This document shows positions 52,935-64,000 of a stretch of DNA of 64,000 bases, one piece after another. The position numbers were made by a program, and so were the translations under genes. The stretch's first letter is position 1; the number at the start of each line of letters is the position of its first letter. The notes under the pieces are model-generated. The model had not been told where the DNA came from. It made no database searches and was given only the letters and a program-made list of their open reading frames with translations. Source of the stretch: Lama guanicoe (lineage: Eukaryota); the NCBI GenBank assembly GCA_013239625.1, contig MU054212.1, forward strand, positions 2,604,001 to 2,668,000, read 5' to 3'.

Positions 52935-54243
52935 CACATCAAGACACTTTGATATTAGGGTTTATTATAAACATTTTCTAAATAGTCTGTGTTAACAGTT
53001 TTGTTTACTTTATCCAGTCAAAAATTGTTTAGATGAGAGTTATAAAAATTATTATGTTGTCTTGTGATCAGTGAATTTAATTTGATTTATTTCAATTTGG
53101 GGGAATACTGAGATTTTCTTTGAGTCCTAATGTATGTTAAATTGTTATAATATCCCATGGCTTGATAGAAAGGCATATTCTCTGTGGGGCGTAAAGTTCA
53201 ATACGTGCTTATTAGGTAAGGATGGGATGTGGAGGGAGGGTTGCTGGTTTTAGATAGGATGGTAAGAGAAGGACTGTGGGATAAACTGACAGACTTGAAG
53301 TGAGGAAACAATAAGAGCAAAAGCCTTGATAAATTGTCTGTATTTTATTTAGTTGAAGGATGTAATCCCAGGTCAAATTCTATATATTTAACTTGTTCTA
53401 TATTTTTACTTCAATAATACTAATTGAAGCACACCTTTTTGCCTAGTTATGTTGTATAAAACAGTACTAATTTCACATTTAGTCACAAGGCAATCATAAA
53501 ACACTAATGCCTCTCAAAGTATTTAGATTACCATTTTATACAGAATTAAAATTCTCATAGATTACTCTTGAACCCCTGAGAAAATAGTCAGGTTCCCCCA
53601 GAAGTCCTGTCTGAGAACTACTACTCTTATACATTATTCATCAGACTTTTTCCTACTTCCTTCCCAAGGGGAGGAATGGAGGGAAGAGCAATAGTGATTC
53701 TTCTTGCCATATTCATGTTTCAGTTGAGACTCTGTTTATCACTGATCTAGCACGAGGGCATTCAGTCTTTTCTCTTGGCTGTTTATGGCCCCTGATCCTC
53801 ATCCCTCCAAATTGTGAAATACATGGAAGAGCTTTCAGGAGTCTGTCTACTGACTTTCTGTACTACTTCTGCTACCACCAATACTGGTACTGCCCATTCT
53901 GCAAGGAAATCGCATGTATTCCCAGCATCTTCTTTCATTTTGGTTAAAATTGTTCTATATTTAGATAGTACTTCTTTAGCTGTATTGTATGAGATTAGGA
54001 CACTCATGTAGCTTCAGTATTGGTGGTATCTTCTTCTAATTTGTATCTATTTGTCATCTTTGCTTTGAGTTTGGGGAATGGACTTCCAATAAGCCTATAC
54101 CTATGCATCTGTTTTCTTAGAAATCTGCTTTTCTCATTTTTATTGAAGGCTAAAGAAAAAGCCTTTTTTGTAAGCTGTGTGTTAGAATAATTTGATTTTT
54201 GTGTTAAAACTGACAACTCACTATTTTTTTAATGACTTAACAG

Positions 54244-54370
54244 GTTGGAATTCGAGGCACTAATATAGTTGTGCTCGGCGTTGAAAAAAAATCTGTTGCC
54301 AAGCTTCAAGATGAAAGAACTGTGAGGAAAATTTGTGCCCTTGATGACCATGTCTGCATGGCTTTTGCAG
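54244..54370 (+). CDS. PSMA8: PSMA8 coding exon 2 ([43 protein letters not shown]), 127 nt
   Basis: Manual translation. Acceptor ttaacag|GTT, donor CAG|GTACTT. Confidence 0.97.
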
Positions 54371-54624
54371 GTACTTCGCAACCTACAGTAATGATACAGA
54401 GTATCTTGGTACAGTAGGGTAATGCATTTGGCCTCACGATAGCTATTATGCTATATCTGTATAACATACAGAGTTATACTCTATTGCTTATTAAACACAA
54501 ATAGTATGCCTTATCTTTTCTGGGAAGTCACAGTTCTGTAAGCCAGGATTTCTGATAATGAACTTTACTAAAACATAAATGTTAAAAGATATATATTACC
54601 CTAATTATAACTTTCTCCCTGTTT

Positions 54625-55531
54625 TCTTTTTAACCTTTTTACTTTGAGATAATTATACTCAGAAAGTTACAAAAAAAAAACACAGAGAAGCCCCTTTACT
54701 TGTTACCCAGTGACCTTCAATGGTAACATCTTTAAAAACCAGTAAGTTGAGATTGGCACAAACCACAGAGTTTATTCGGATTTCACCAGTTCTGCATGAA
54801 TTGATTTGTGTGCACCTGTGTGTGAGTTTACATTTAGTAGACTGATTGTGTACGTTCATGTAGCCATCACCAAAATTGAGATGTGCAGCTTTTCAGTCAC
54901 CACAAGGCTGCATCATGCTATTCCTCCTTCTTGTTTCTGACATCTGGTGACTACTAATCTATTCTCCATCTCTGTAATTTTGCATGAAAACGTATGCATA
55001 TAACCTCTTCATATTGGTTTTTCTTGTTCAATATAATTCCCTTGCAGTCCATCAAAGTTACTGCATGTATCAGTAGTGCATTGTTATTTATTGCTGAATA
55101 GTATTCTATGGTATGAGATATGCCACATTTTGTTAACAACTCATCATTTAAAGGATATTTGAATTATTTCCAGTTTTTGCCTTTTATAGATAAAGCTGGT
55201 GTGAACATTTGTGTACAAGTTTTTGTGTGAACATAGGTTTTCATTTTTCTGGGAAAATGCTTGAGTACAATTTTTGGATCATATGACACTGCATGTTAAG
55301 TTTAATAAAAGACTGCAAAATTTGTTCCAGAGAGGCTGTCCTATTTTATATTCTTTCTAGCAATGAATGATTCATTTTCTCTGCATCCTTATTAGTATTT
55401 GGTGTTGTTACTATTTTTTATTTTAGACGTTTGTTTACGTGTGTAGTGATATCTCGTTGTGGGTTTAATTTGCATTTGTCTCATGGCTAATGATTTTGGA
55501 CATATTTTCATGTGTTTATTTGCCTCTGTAT
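54625..55531 (-). mobile_element. L1 (L1MC/MD-like) 3' fragment, antisense to PSMA8
   Basis: ttattgctgaatagtattctatggtatg...tttaatttgcatttgtctcatggctaatgat. Confidence 0.85.
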
Positions 55532-55534
55532 AGC

Positions 55535-58420
55535 AAAATTTACAAACCTTTAGCTACATGGACTAAGAATAAAAGAAGACTCAATTAAAATCAGACATGA
55601 AAAGGGGGACATTACTAATGATTTTACAGAAATAAAAAGGATTATAAGAAAGTATTATGAACAATCAGATACCAGCAAATGAGATAAATGGATAAATTCC
55701 TTGAAATATACAGATTACTTGAAATTACTCAAGAAGAAATAGAAAATCTCAACAGATATATGTTGAGTAAACAGTGAATCAGTAATCAAAAACCCAGTAA
55801 AGAAAAGTTTAGGACCAGATGTTTTTACTGGTAAATTTTACCAAACATTCAAAGAATTAGTACCAGTACTTCTCAGACTCTTCCAAAAAATTGAAGAAAG
55901 AACACTTCCAAACTCATTCTGTGAGGCTAACATTATCCTGATACTAAAATCAGACAGACACCACAAGAAAACTACAGATCAATATCCTTTATAAATACTG
56001 ATATAAAAATCCTAAACAAAGAATACTAATAAACCAAATTCAGCATATTAAAAGGATTATACATCGTGACCAAGTGGAATTTATTCCTGGAATGCAAAGA
56101 TAGTTCAACATACGAAAATCTAACAGCGTAATATACCATGTTAATATAATGAGGGAAAACTACATGGTCATCTCAATTGATTCAGAAAAAAACATTTGAC
56201 AAAATTCAACATCCTTTCATGATAAAAAATACTCAACCAACTAGTTGTAGAAGGAAATTAGCTACCTACTTACCAACATAAGAAAGATCATGTATGAAAG
56301 TCCATAGCAAATAACAGTCATAGTCAATCAAAAAGACTGAAAGCTTTTCCACTAAGATCAAGAATAAGAAAAGGATATCTGCTTTTCCACTTCTGTTTAG
56401 CATAGTAATGAAAGTTCTAGCCAGAGCAGTTAGGCAAGAAGAAAAAAAAAAAGGCATCCAAATTGGAAAGAAAGAGGTAACATTATCTCTCTTCATATAC
56501 AGCACGGTCCTGACTATAGAAAATCCTAAAGATTCTACACAAAGCAAGTATTAGAGATAATAATTGAATCACACAAAGTTGCGCAAAGTTTGTACAAAAT
56601 CAACACACAAAAATTAGTTGTGTTTTTATACTGAACAATCTGAAAAGAAAAGTAAGGGAAATGAGAAACTAGAAAGACTTGTCCCCTGAAAACTATAAAA
56701 CATTGCTGAAAGAAATTAAGAAGACATATGTATGGAAAGACATTCCCTGTTCATGGATTAGAAGGCTTAATATTGTTAAGATACCAGTTCTACCCAAAGC
56801 AATCTACAGATTTAATGCAATCCCTGTCAAAATCCCTATTACATTTTTTTGCAAAAATAGGAAAATCCATCCTAAAATTCATATGGAATAACAAGAAATC
56901 CTGAATTGCAAAAGCTGTCTTGAAAAAGACCAAATCTGAATGACTTACTCTTCCTGGTTTCAAAACTAACTACAAAGCTACTGTAATCAAAACTGTGTAG
57001 TAGTAACATAAAGAAACACACATAGATCAGTGGATTAGAACAGAGAGCCCAGAAATAATCCTCAAATATGTGGTCAATTTTTGATAGGGATGCTAAGACA
57101 TTCAATGGGGGCAAAGAAAATACTTTTCAACAAGTGGTGCTGGGGAAACTGGATATCCACATGCAAATGAATGAAGTAGAACCTTAACCTAATAACATGT
57201 GAAGATTAACTCAAAATGGATTAAAAACTTAAGACCTAAAACTTTTAAACTCTTAGAAGAAAACAAAGGGCAGGCAAAAGCTTCATGAGATTGGATTTGG
57301 CAGTGATTTCCTGGATATGACACCAAAATCAGAGGCCAACTAAATAAATAAATAAATCAGTCTATCTCAAAATAAAAACTGTAATGCTTCAAAGGACACA
57401 GTTAACAGAGTGAAAAGGCAATCCATGGAATGGGAGAAAATATTTGTAAAATCATCTGATAAAGGATTAATTGCCAGAATATATATATAAGGAACATTTA
57501 ACAACAACAAAAAAGGAAACAACCCAATTCAAAAATAAGCAAAGACCTTAAATGGATGTTTTTCCAGAGAGGATATAAAAATGGTCAATAAGCAAATGAA
57601 AAGATGCTCAGCATCACTAATCATTAGGGAAATGCAAATCAAAACCACAATGAAATATGTCACACACATTAGGACGGCTGTTAACAAAGAAACAAAATAA
57701 CAAGTATAGGCAAAAATGTGGAAAAATTTTAACCCTTGTGCACTGTTGGTGAGAATATAAAATGGAATATCCCTTTTTTTTTGTAGCAAGTATCTTCAAA
57801 CTCTGAAACAGTCACTTTTGAAAACAATATGGCAGTTCAATAAAAAATTAAACATAGAATTACTATATGATCCAGTAATTCCACTTCTGGATATAGACCC
57901 CAAAGAATTGAAAGCAGGGACTCAAACAGATATTTGTACACCCGTGTTATTCCATTAGCCAGCATTATTCACAGTAGCCACAATATGGAAACAACAATCT
58001 CTGGATGGATGGGTGAACAACATGTGCTGTATACATACAATTGAATATAATTCAGCCTTTAAAAGTAAGGAAATTCTGACATGCTGCAACATGAATTAAC
58101 CTTAAAAGACAGTGTGCTAAGTAAAATAAGCAGTCACAATAGGACAATTACTGTTTGATTCCAGTTACATGAGATACCTAGAGTAGTCACATTCATAGGG
58201 ACAGAAAGTATAATGGTTGTTGCCAAGGGCTGTGGGGGACGGGGAATGGGAAGCTGTTGTTTAATGGCTTCAGAGAGTCAGTTTGGGAAGATAAAAAAAG
58301 TACTAGAGATGGATGGTGGTGATTTCCCAAAAGTGTCAATATACTTAATTCAACTGAACTATACACTTAAAATGGTTAAAATGGTAAATTTTATGTTGCA
58401 TGTATTTTACCATAATAAAC
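55535..58420 (+). mobile_element. 5'-truncated L1 (L1MB-like): disrupted ORF2 RT region through the 3' UTR, sense to PSMA8
   Basis: ORF 56679..56891 translates to L1 ORF2 ([16 protein letters not shown]...[11 protein letters not shown]). The 3' end is aaaatggttaaaatggtaaattttatg...aataaa. Confidence 0.93.
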
Positions 58421-59386
58421 AAGAGTTTGTGACTGCAAAAGACTGATGGTTATGTGAGAAATGGCTGTGTCAGAGATTTTGTGAATGCATTTTTTGGGCA
58501 ATGTAGTATTAAGAGTGGAAAAAGAAAGTGGTGATGGGAAAGTCAAATACCAAAGGAGTCTTTAATAGAAGTGTTTGCAACCATTGAAATCTGTTAAGTT
58601 TTTGGTCAGTTTGTTTTTCTTTTGATATAAACACATTCTATCTCCTTTTAGAAGTGCTGAAAATTAATCACATGATATTTTGGTATGATAAAAGCAAGAT
58701 GAAGTGTTTTCTTCTGTTTTAACATTCTTGATTTTCAAACTCTTAATCTTGGACAAAAAGCTGCGAAATGACAGGTCATGGTTATATTGAATGCAGACTG
58801 AATTCAGTAGATATATGTTTGATAATGAAGTTTCATAAGAAGAAATCCAGTTTACTTCATGTTTTGTTTTGGTTTTTTTCCAGGTGGTGGTTGGGGGTAG
58901 GGGAGTTAGGATTGGTAACATACATCCAGCAGCTTCATGGTTTAGATAAGTGTATTGGGGAAAAAAAAGGTATATTGGTTCTGGAATCAGGATAGACTGT
59001 CAGTCTTTGAACAGTCTGCTATTGACATCTTCTCAAAAAAGTTTTTAAAAATATGACTGCAGAGATTTTTTTTAAATTTAATGAAACCTAGTAACCAAAC
59101 CGACTACTATGAATTAAACCATTTTGATCTTTGGGAAATAGTTCGCTTAACATTAGTGTTTAAACATTATTCTTTAAAACCATTTTCTTTACGAAATAAA
59201 TAATGGATCAAATGAAGGAAACAAATCGAGTTAGGATGAATAGTGCTCTATTTTACAAATTGTTTTTAAGAGATATATATTGGGAAAAACAAAGGATGTT
59301 ATAAGACAGATATCATGGTGGCCAAACTCCTTTTGACAAGGAAAAAAAGTCATCCTTTTTCTATAATGTTTCAACTACTTTTATAG

Positions 59387-59511
59387 GACTGACTGCTGAT
59401 GCTCGAGTAGTAATAAATAGAGCCCGTGTGGAGTGCCAGAGTCATAAGCTTACAGTTGAGGACCCCGTCTCTGTAGAATATATAACTCGCTTCATAGCAA
59501 CCTTAAAACAG
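59387..59511 (+). CDS. PSMA8: PSMA8 coding exon 3 ([42 protein letters not shown]), 125 nt
   Basis: Manual translation. Acceptor cttttatag|GA, donor CAG|GTAAGC. Confidence 0.97.
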
Positions 59512-60518
59512 GTAAGCCAGTATTCCAAAAGATTTCTTCAAGTTTTCTCCTTTTGCATCATTATGGGTCCTATCATGGGAATATTATGGTCACTCCAACC
59601 TGTTTAGTCTTTTAAATCTACTAAATCTCTTGTTCTTTCTCACACTTACTTCATACTCACATTCTTATTCCAATGGAATAGATTGATTTTATCACTAGAA
59701 ATCTCAGTCATTATCAGTTCTAGTAATTATATTAAATTTTTAAAAAGCATAAAGTCTAACCTTTAAGGACATTTCTATACTTCTGGAGATATAGTAGTGA
59801 GAAACATTTTTTAAAGTCTTCCAAAGAAATATCTATGATTCTTTCAGTTACAAAGCTAACCACAACTAGTGAGGTTTAGATATGACTTCTTCTGAATCCA
59901 TGTGTAGCTACGTGATTTGATGTTAAATATAATCATGATGCATACGAGTATTTTTCATTTATTATCGTTTTCTATATTCTTTACATATATTAACGTGGTC
60001 CTTGTACTTACCATTCTTACTGACTATATAACTATTTCTTGTAGCTATCTGGTAATTATTTAGATTGTTTCCAGTTTCTTTCATTATCCCTTCTCTTTCT
60101 CTTTCTCCCTCTCTCTCTCTCTCAAACTGTTACTTTTAATAACATTACTGTGTCTTTGTCACAGCTTTCATTTTTCTTTTTAAAATTATATTGTTAAATT
60201 CATTTTCAGTATGGGAGTAGTAGATTAGAAATTGTAATTAGTTTTAAGACTCTTGTTATATGTGACTAAATTGCTTTCTAAAAAGATTGAACCAATTTTT
60301 ATTGTGCAACTAGCAATGCATAAATGCATCCCCGAAGAATCATCAGCATTGGATTTTTCATTTTTCTTTTATTTTGCAAATAAGTGTAACAGAGTACTAT
60401 AATAGTTGTTTTAATTTGTATTTTATAATTAGTGGTGAGGTCGATTTTTTTCCCACATGTTGGTTTGCTATTTTCATTTCTCTTAGTGTAAACTATCTTT
60501 CCTTTTGACAGTCACTCT

Positions 60519-60730
60519 AGTGGTTAAGAATGTGCCCCCAGGAGCCAGAATTTTGGGGTCTGAATCCTGACTTTGCTAATTCTTAGTTTAGTGCATTAGG
60601 CAAACTGTTTAGTGTGTTTTGCCTTAATGTTTTTATTCATAAAATGAACATTACAATAATGTTTATCGAGTTGCAGTATGGATTAAATGATTTAGTTCAT
60701 TTAAAGGATTTGGAATACTTTCTGGCATAA
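60519..60730 (+). mobile_element. MIR, apparently lying within old minus-strand L1 sequence
   Basis: agtggttaagaatgtg...tgaatcctgactttgc...ggattaaatga...cttagaac-like 3' end. Confidence 0.65.
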
Positions 60731-62207
60731 ATTTTACCCTTTGTCTATGTAGAGGTTTTTTTATAGATTCTATATATTCTAGATATTAAAGCTTTAGGTT
60801 ACATACTTATAAGAAAGTATCCTATTTTTTAATTTAATTTATGTTGCAAGAAAGTTCAACATTTTTATGTTGTTCTACTTTTCGTTTTTATTTGCTTTGA
60901 TTTTCCCAGTCATTAAAAAGTTACCCACCAAAAAACAAGGTGCAGAGCACTGTGTATACAAGGTTCCCAATTGTGGTTTTTATATTTTCTTTTGGAAATA
61001 TAAAAGCTGTTATGTGTAGAACTTTAATTGAAATATACATTATAAATCTGTAACAGTAGGGTTGCCACTGGGGAGGGACCTGACCCTCTGGGACAAAAGA
61101 ATTATCTTTCATGTACACCTTTTGTAGTTTTAAATTATTTTAAGCTTGTACATGTATTACCTTTTCATTAGAAAAAGTGGTTAAGCAAGTAAAGTAAAAA
61201 TATCTCTTCCCTAAGGTATAGTTACAAAACATCTACTTCATATCTAAGTACGAACTAGTAACATTAGGAAATACAGAGAAATTAAGACAGACCCTATTCT
61301 TTAAGACTTTATGTTATAGCCCACCTGGCATTCAAAATTTGAAGTGGCTTGTAAAATACATATAATAAAATTAAAATTAAAAAATAGATTGTTACATAGA
61401 CAAATCCAAGAAGACAGAGAGTATAAAGCTGTCTCAAGCCACAGACTTGTATATGGTTCCTACAGCTGCCTACAGATGCAGTCCTGAGTTTTCTGCCAGG
61501 GCTGACTCTTTGCACAACTTCTAGGGGCACTAGTCTCATAATTTGTGTGACTTCTTCTCCCTGGACCACAAATCTAGGAAGTTCCTGGCACTAAAGATAG
61601 AAATACAATTAGTTTCCAGTGCCCCATTGTCAGTGAGGGAAAAACATGCTTTTTCTTCAAAAGAAACAACAATTTCATTGTCATAGGACTGAAGGAATGT
61701 CTTGGTTGGGTTTTTATGTGAAGGTAACTTAGTATATAGTGAACAGAATATACTTGATAATAATATTATCAAGTAAGAATATTTGATGATCATAGTAACA
61801 AAGTGTCCCTCAAAGTAAACCAAGGACAGGCTTCCAAGGCACAGCTCATTGAAATCAGCTTTACCGGGAACCAGAATGGTGTGACGTACACAATTCTCTG
61901 CTATAACAAAAAGATCAGCCTAGTTATGATGCCAAAATGTACATAAGGCAACAAGAAAACAAATTTAAGACCATGTATAAGCAAACTTATGATTGTATTT
62001 TACATACTGTGTACATTAACTTCTTAAAAATTTCATTATGGATCGAAGTTAGTCCAGAAAAGATCAGGAAGAGGATCTTGAAGTTATAGAGAATACGAAT
62101 TGATAAAGAAGATTATTTTGCCAGGAATACTTTACTTATTGTTAGAATTTGTTACTTGATAAATAATAGTGTTATCCTTTCTTTGGCCTCATAGAAAGTA
62201 GTTATGA

Positions 62208-62375
<168 letters not shown>

Positions 62376-62720
62376 TAGAAGTTGAGTAAATGTGCTCAGT
62401 GTAAATGCCTTATCACTTTCAGGGACGTGATAAAAAAAGATAATGTATTAAAATATTGATGGTGGTATAAACTTTAACGATTTAGCTAGTCAGAAACTAT
62501 GATGGTTTTTGATGTTAGAGAAACATTTTTTATTAATTACAGCATCTTTTCCTCACTTTTGAAAAATGTGACAATCCTAAATGTGTATAAATGGCCAAGT
62601 AAGGTAAATACTCAATTTCTATTCGTTGTTCATTCTTCTGTGTTAGTATTGTATATATGGATGCCTGCTTTGAGTAAAAATTGTCTTTTTGCTCTTAATA
62701 AAGAATTAAATGAACTTTTA

Positions 62721-62853
62721 TGGGGGAGGATATAATTCAAGTGGTAGAGCACATGTTTAGCATGCACAAGATCCTGGATTCAATCCCCAGTACCTTCTCT
62801 AAAAGTTAAAATAAATAAACCTAATTACCTCCCTCCCCCCAAAAAAGAAAAAA
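62721..62853 (+). mobile_element. tRNA-derived SINE (Vic-1-like), full length
   Basis: Same family as the copy at 7267. Perfect 21-bp TSD aaagaattaaatgaactttta at 62700-62720 and 62854-62874. Confidence 0.9.
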
Positions 62854-64000
62854 AAAGAATTAAATGAACTTTTAAACCCCATACTGAAATCTTTAATGCA
62901 TCCTCTATTCTAGGAGAATCAAAGCACCCCAAACTGTGAATCTGTACTTAGGTGTTAGTGTGTTACAATTGTATCCACCTAATTTCTGGAATATAGTTTG
63001 TTTTCTGGATAAGTTGTTATTCTTATTTCAATACCCAACTACTAACTTTGTTTAATGGTGCACTCAAATCTAATACAAAATTCTAGGGTCTAGGGAAACT
63101 AGTGGCAGTTTCCAGAAGTGAAATTTTGTATATTCTCATACATAAGAATAAAATTACACTATAGAACCTAAGTGATTTTGACTTTATTTAAAGTTTAAAT
63201 ACTCAGGCTTTAAATAACTTTATGAAATTTATTTTACTATTATTAAGAGCCAAATAAATTAATGGGAAATACTTTATCTTTAAGTCTCTATTAACTAAAG
63301 GATTTGATTTGAGCCGACTATATTCAAAAGATGCTGTTTTATGGACCAATTAACCAGGCCAATAAAAAAGTGGATTAAACTGCACAGAAATATAAATACT
63401 AGTGTTATTAGCTACACAACTTAGAAAGCTGCCTGGACAATCTAAGTGCTAACCAGAAGCTATTAATTTACCTGATGCAAATACCAGACTTTTTTTCTGC
63501 CAGTTGGAAATCTTTTACAGGTACTAGATTTCTTGTGCCTCCCAAATCCCTAAACAAAGCAAGTTATTACACTCAGTCTTTCTCTAAATATTTTTAAGTC
63601 TGTCATCTTCTATTTGCATTTATCATTAATGTTGTGACCTTTCATTTCAATGTCATAACCCAGTTCAAGTTTATGTAATTTTCCATTTTAATTTGGTTGC
63701 TCCCTGGAGGTTATACAGAAAACCATTTCCTTTTTATTTCAAAGTCAGTTAGTTAGGTAAATCATGGTACTTTTTAATTGTTGGGGATTTCATTTATCAT
63801 CTAGGTCTGAAAGTATGCTTTGCTGTGGTGTGGTATGACATGTGGTGGAGGAAGGGAGGGTATGTATGAATGGCGTGTGCATGTGCAGACACACATGTAT
63901 GCTCTATTATCATTTTAGCAATACTACATATTGTACTTTCTAATAAGATTTTGCCAAGAAATATTGGCGTAAACTAACCCTCTAAACTTAGTAACCATAA

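Noticed and set aside
56679..56891. ORF with reverse-transcriptase-region similarity
   Set aside because: A fragment of a dead, frameshifted L1 ORF2, not an active or domesticated gene.

Overview
This is AT-rich, repeat-dense mammalian genomic DNA. It is probably from a camelid (alpaca, llama or camel), judged from five copies of a tRNA-derived SINE that I recognise as the camelid Vic-1 type. Two intron-containing genes diverge head-to-head, with start codons about 5.9 kb apart. On the minus strand is SS18 (BAF chromatin-remodelling subunit): coding exons 1-7 map base-by-base from ATG 41326 down to 2397, and the rest lies left of the window. On the plus strand is PSMA8 (testis-specific proteasome subunit alpha4s): coding exons 1-4 map from ATG 47188 to 62348, and the rest lies right of the window. 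Each gene starts in its own CpG island. Introns are filled with old L1, L2, MIR, MaLR/ERVL LTRs and hAT/Tigger DNA transposons. Repeat subfamily names come from memory of consensus sequences and their boundaries are approximate. Almost all ORF-track entries are spurious. I could not establish a new biological system. The best leads are: (1) a non-canonical GC 5' splice site after PSMA8 exon 4; (2) several candidate stop-containing cassette exons, including an 8-nt microexon, in SS18 intron 2; (3) a near-perfect CTCF motif inside a MER20 copy; (4) two PSMA8 differences from the human protein as I recall it (no Ala2, no alternative exon-3 acceptor).
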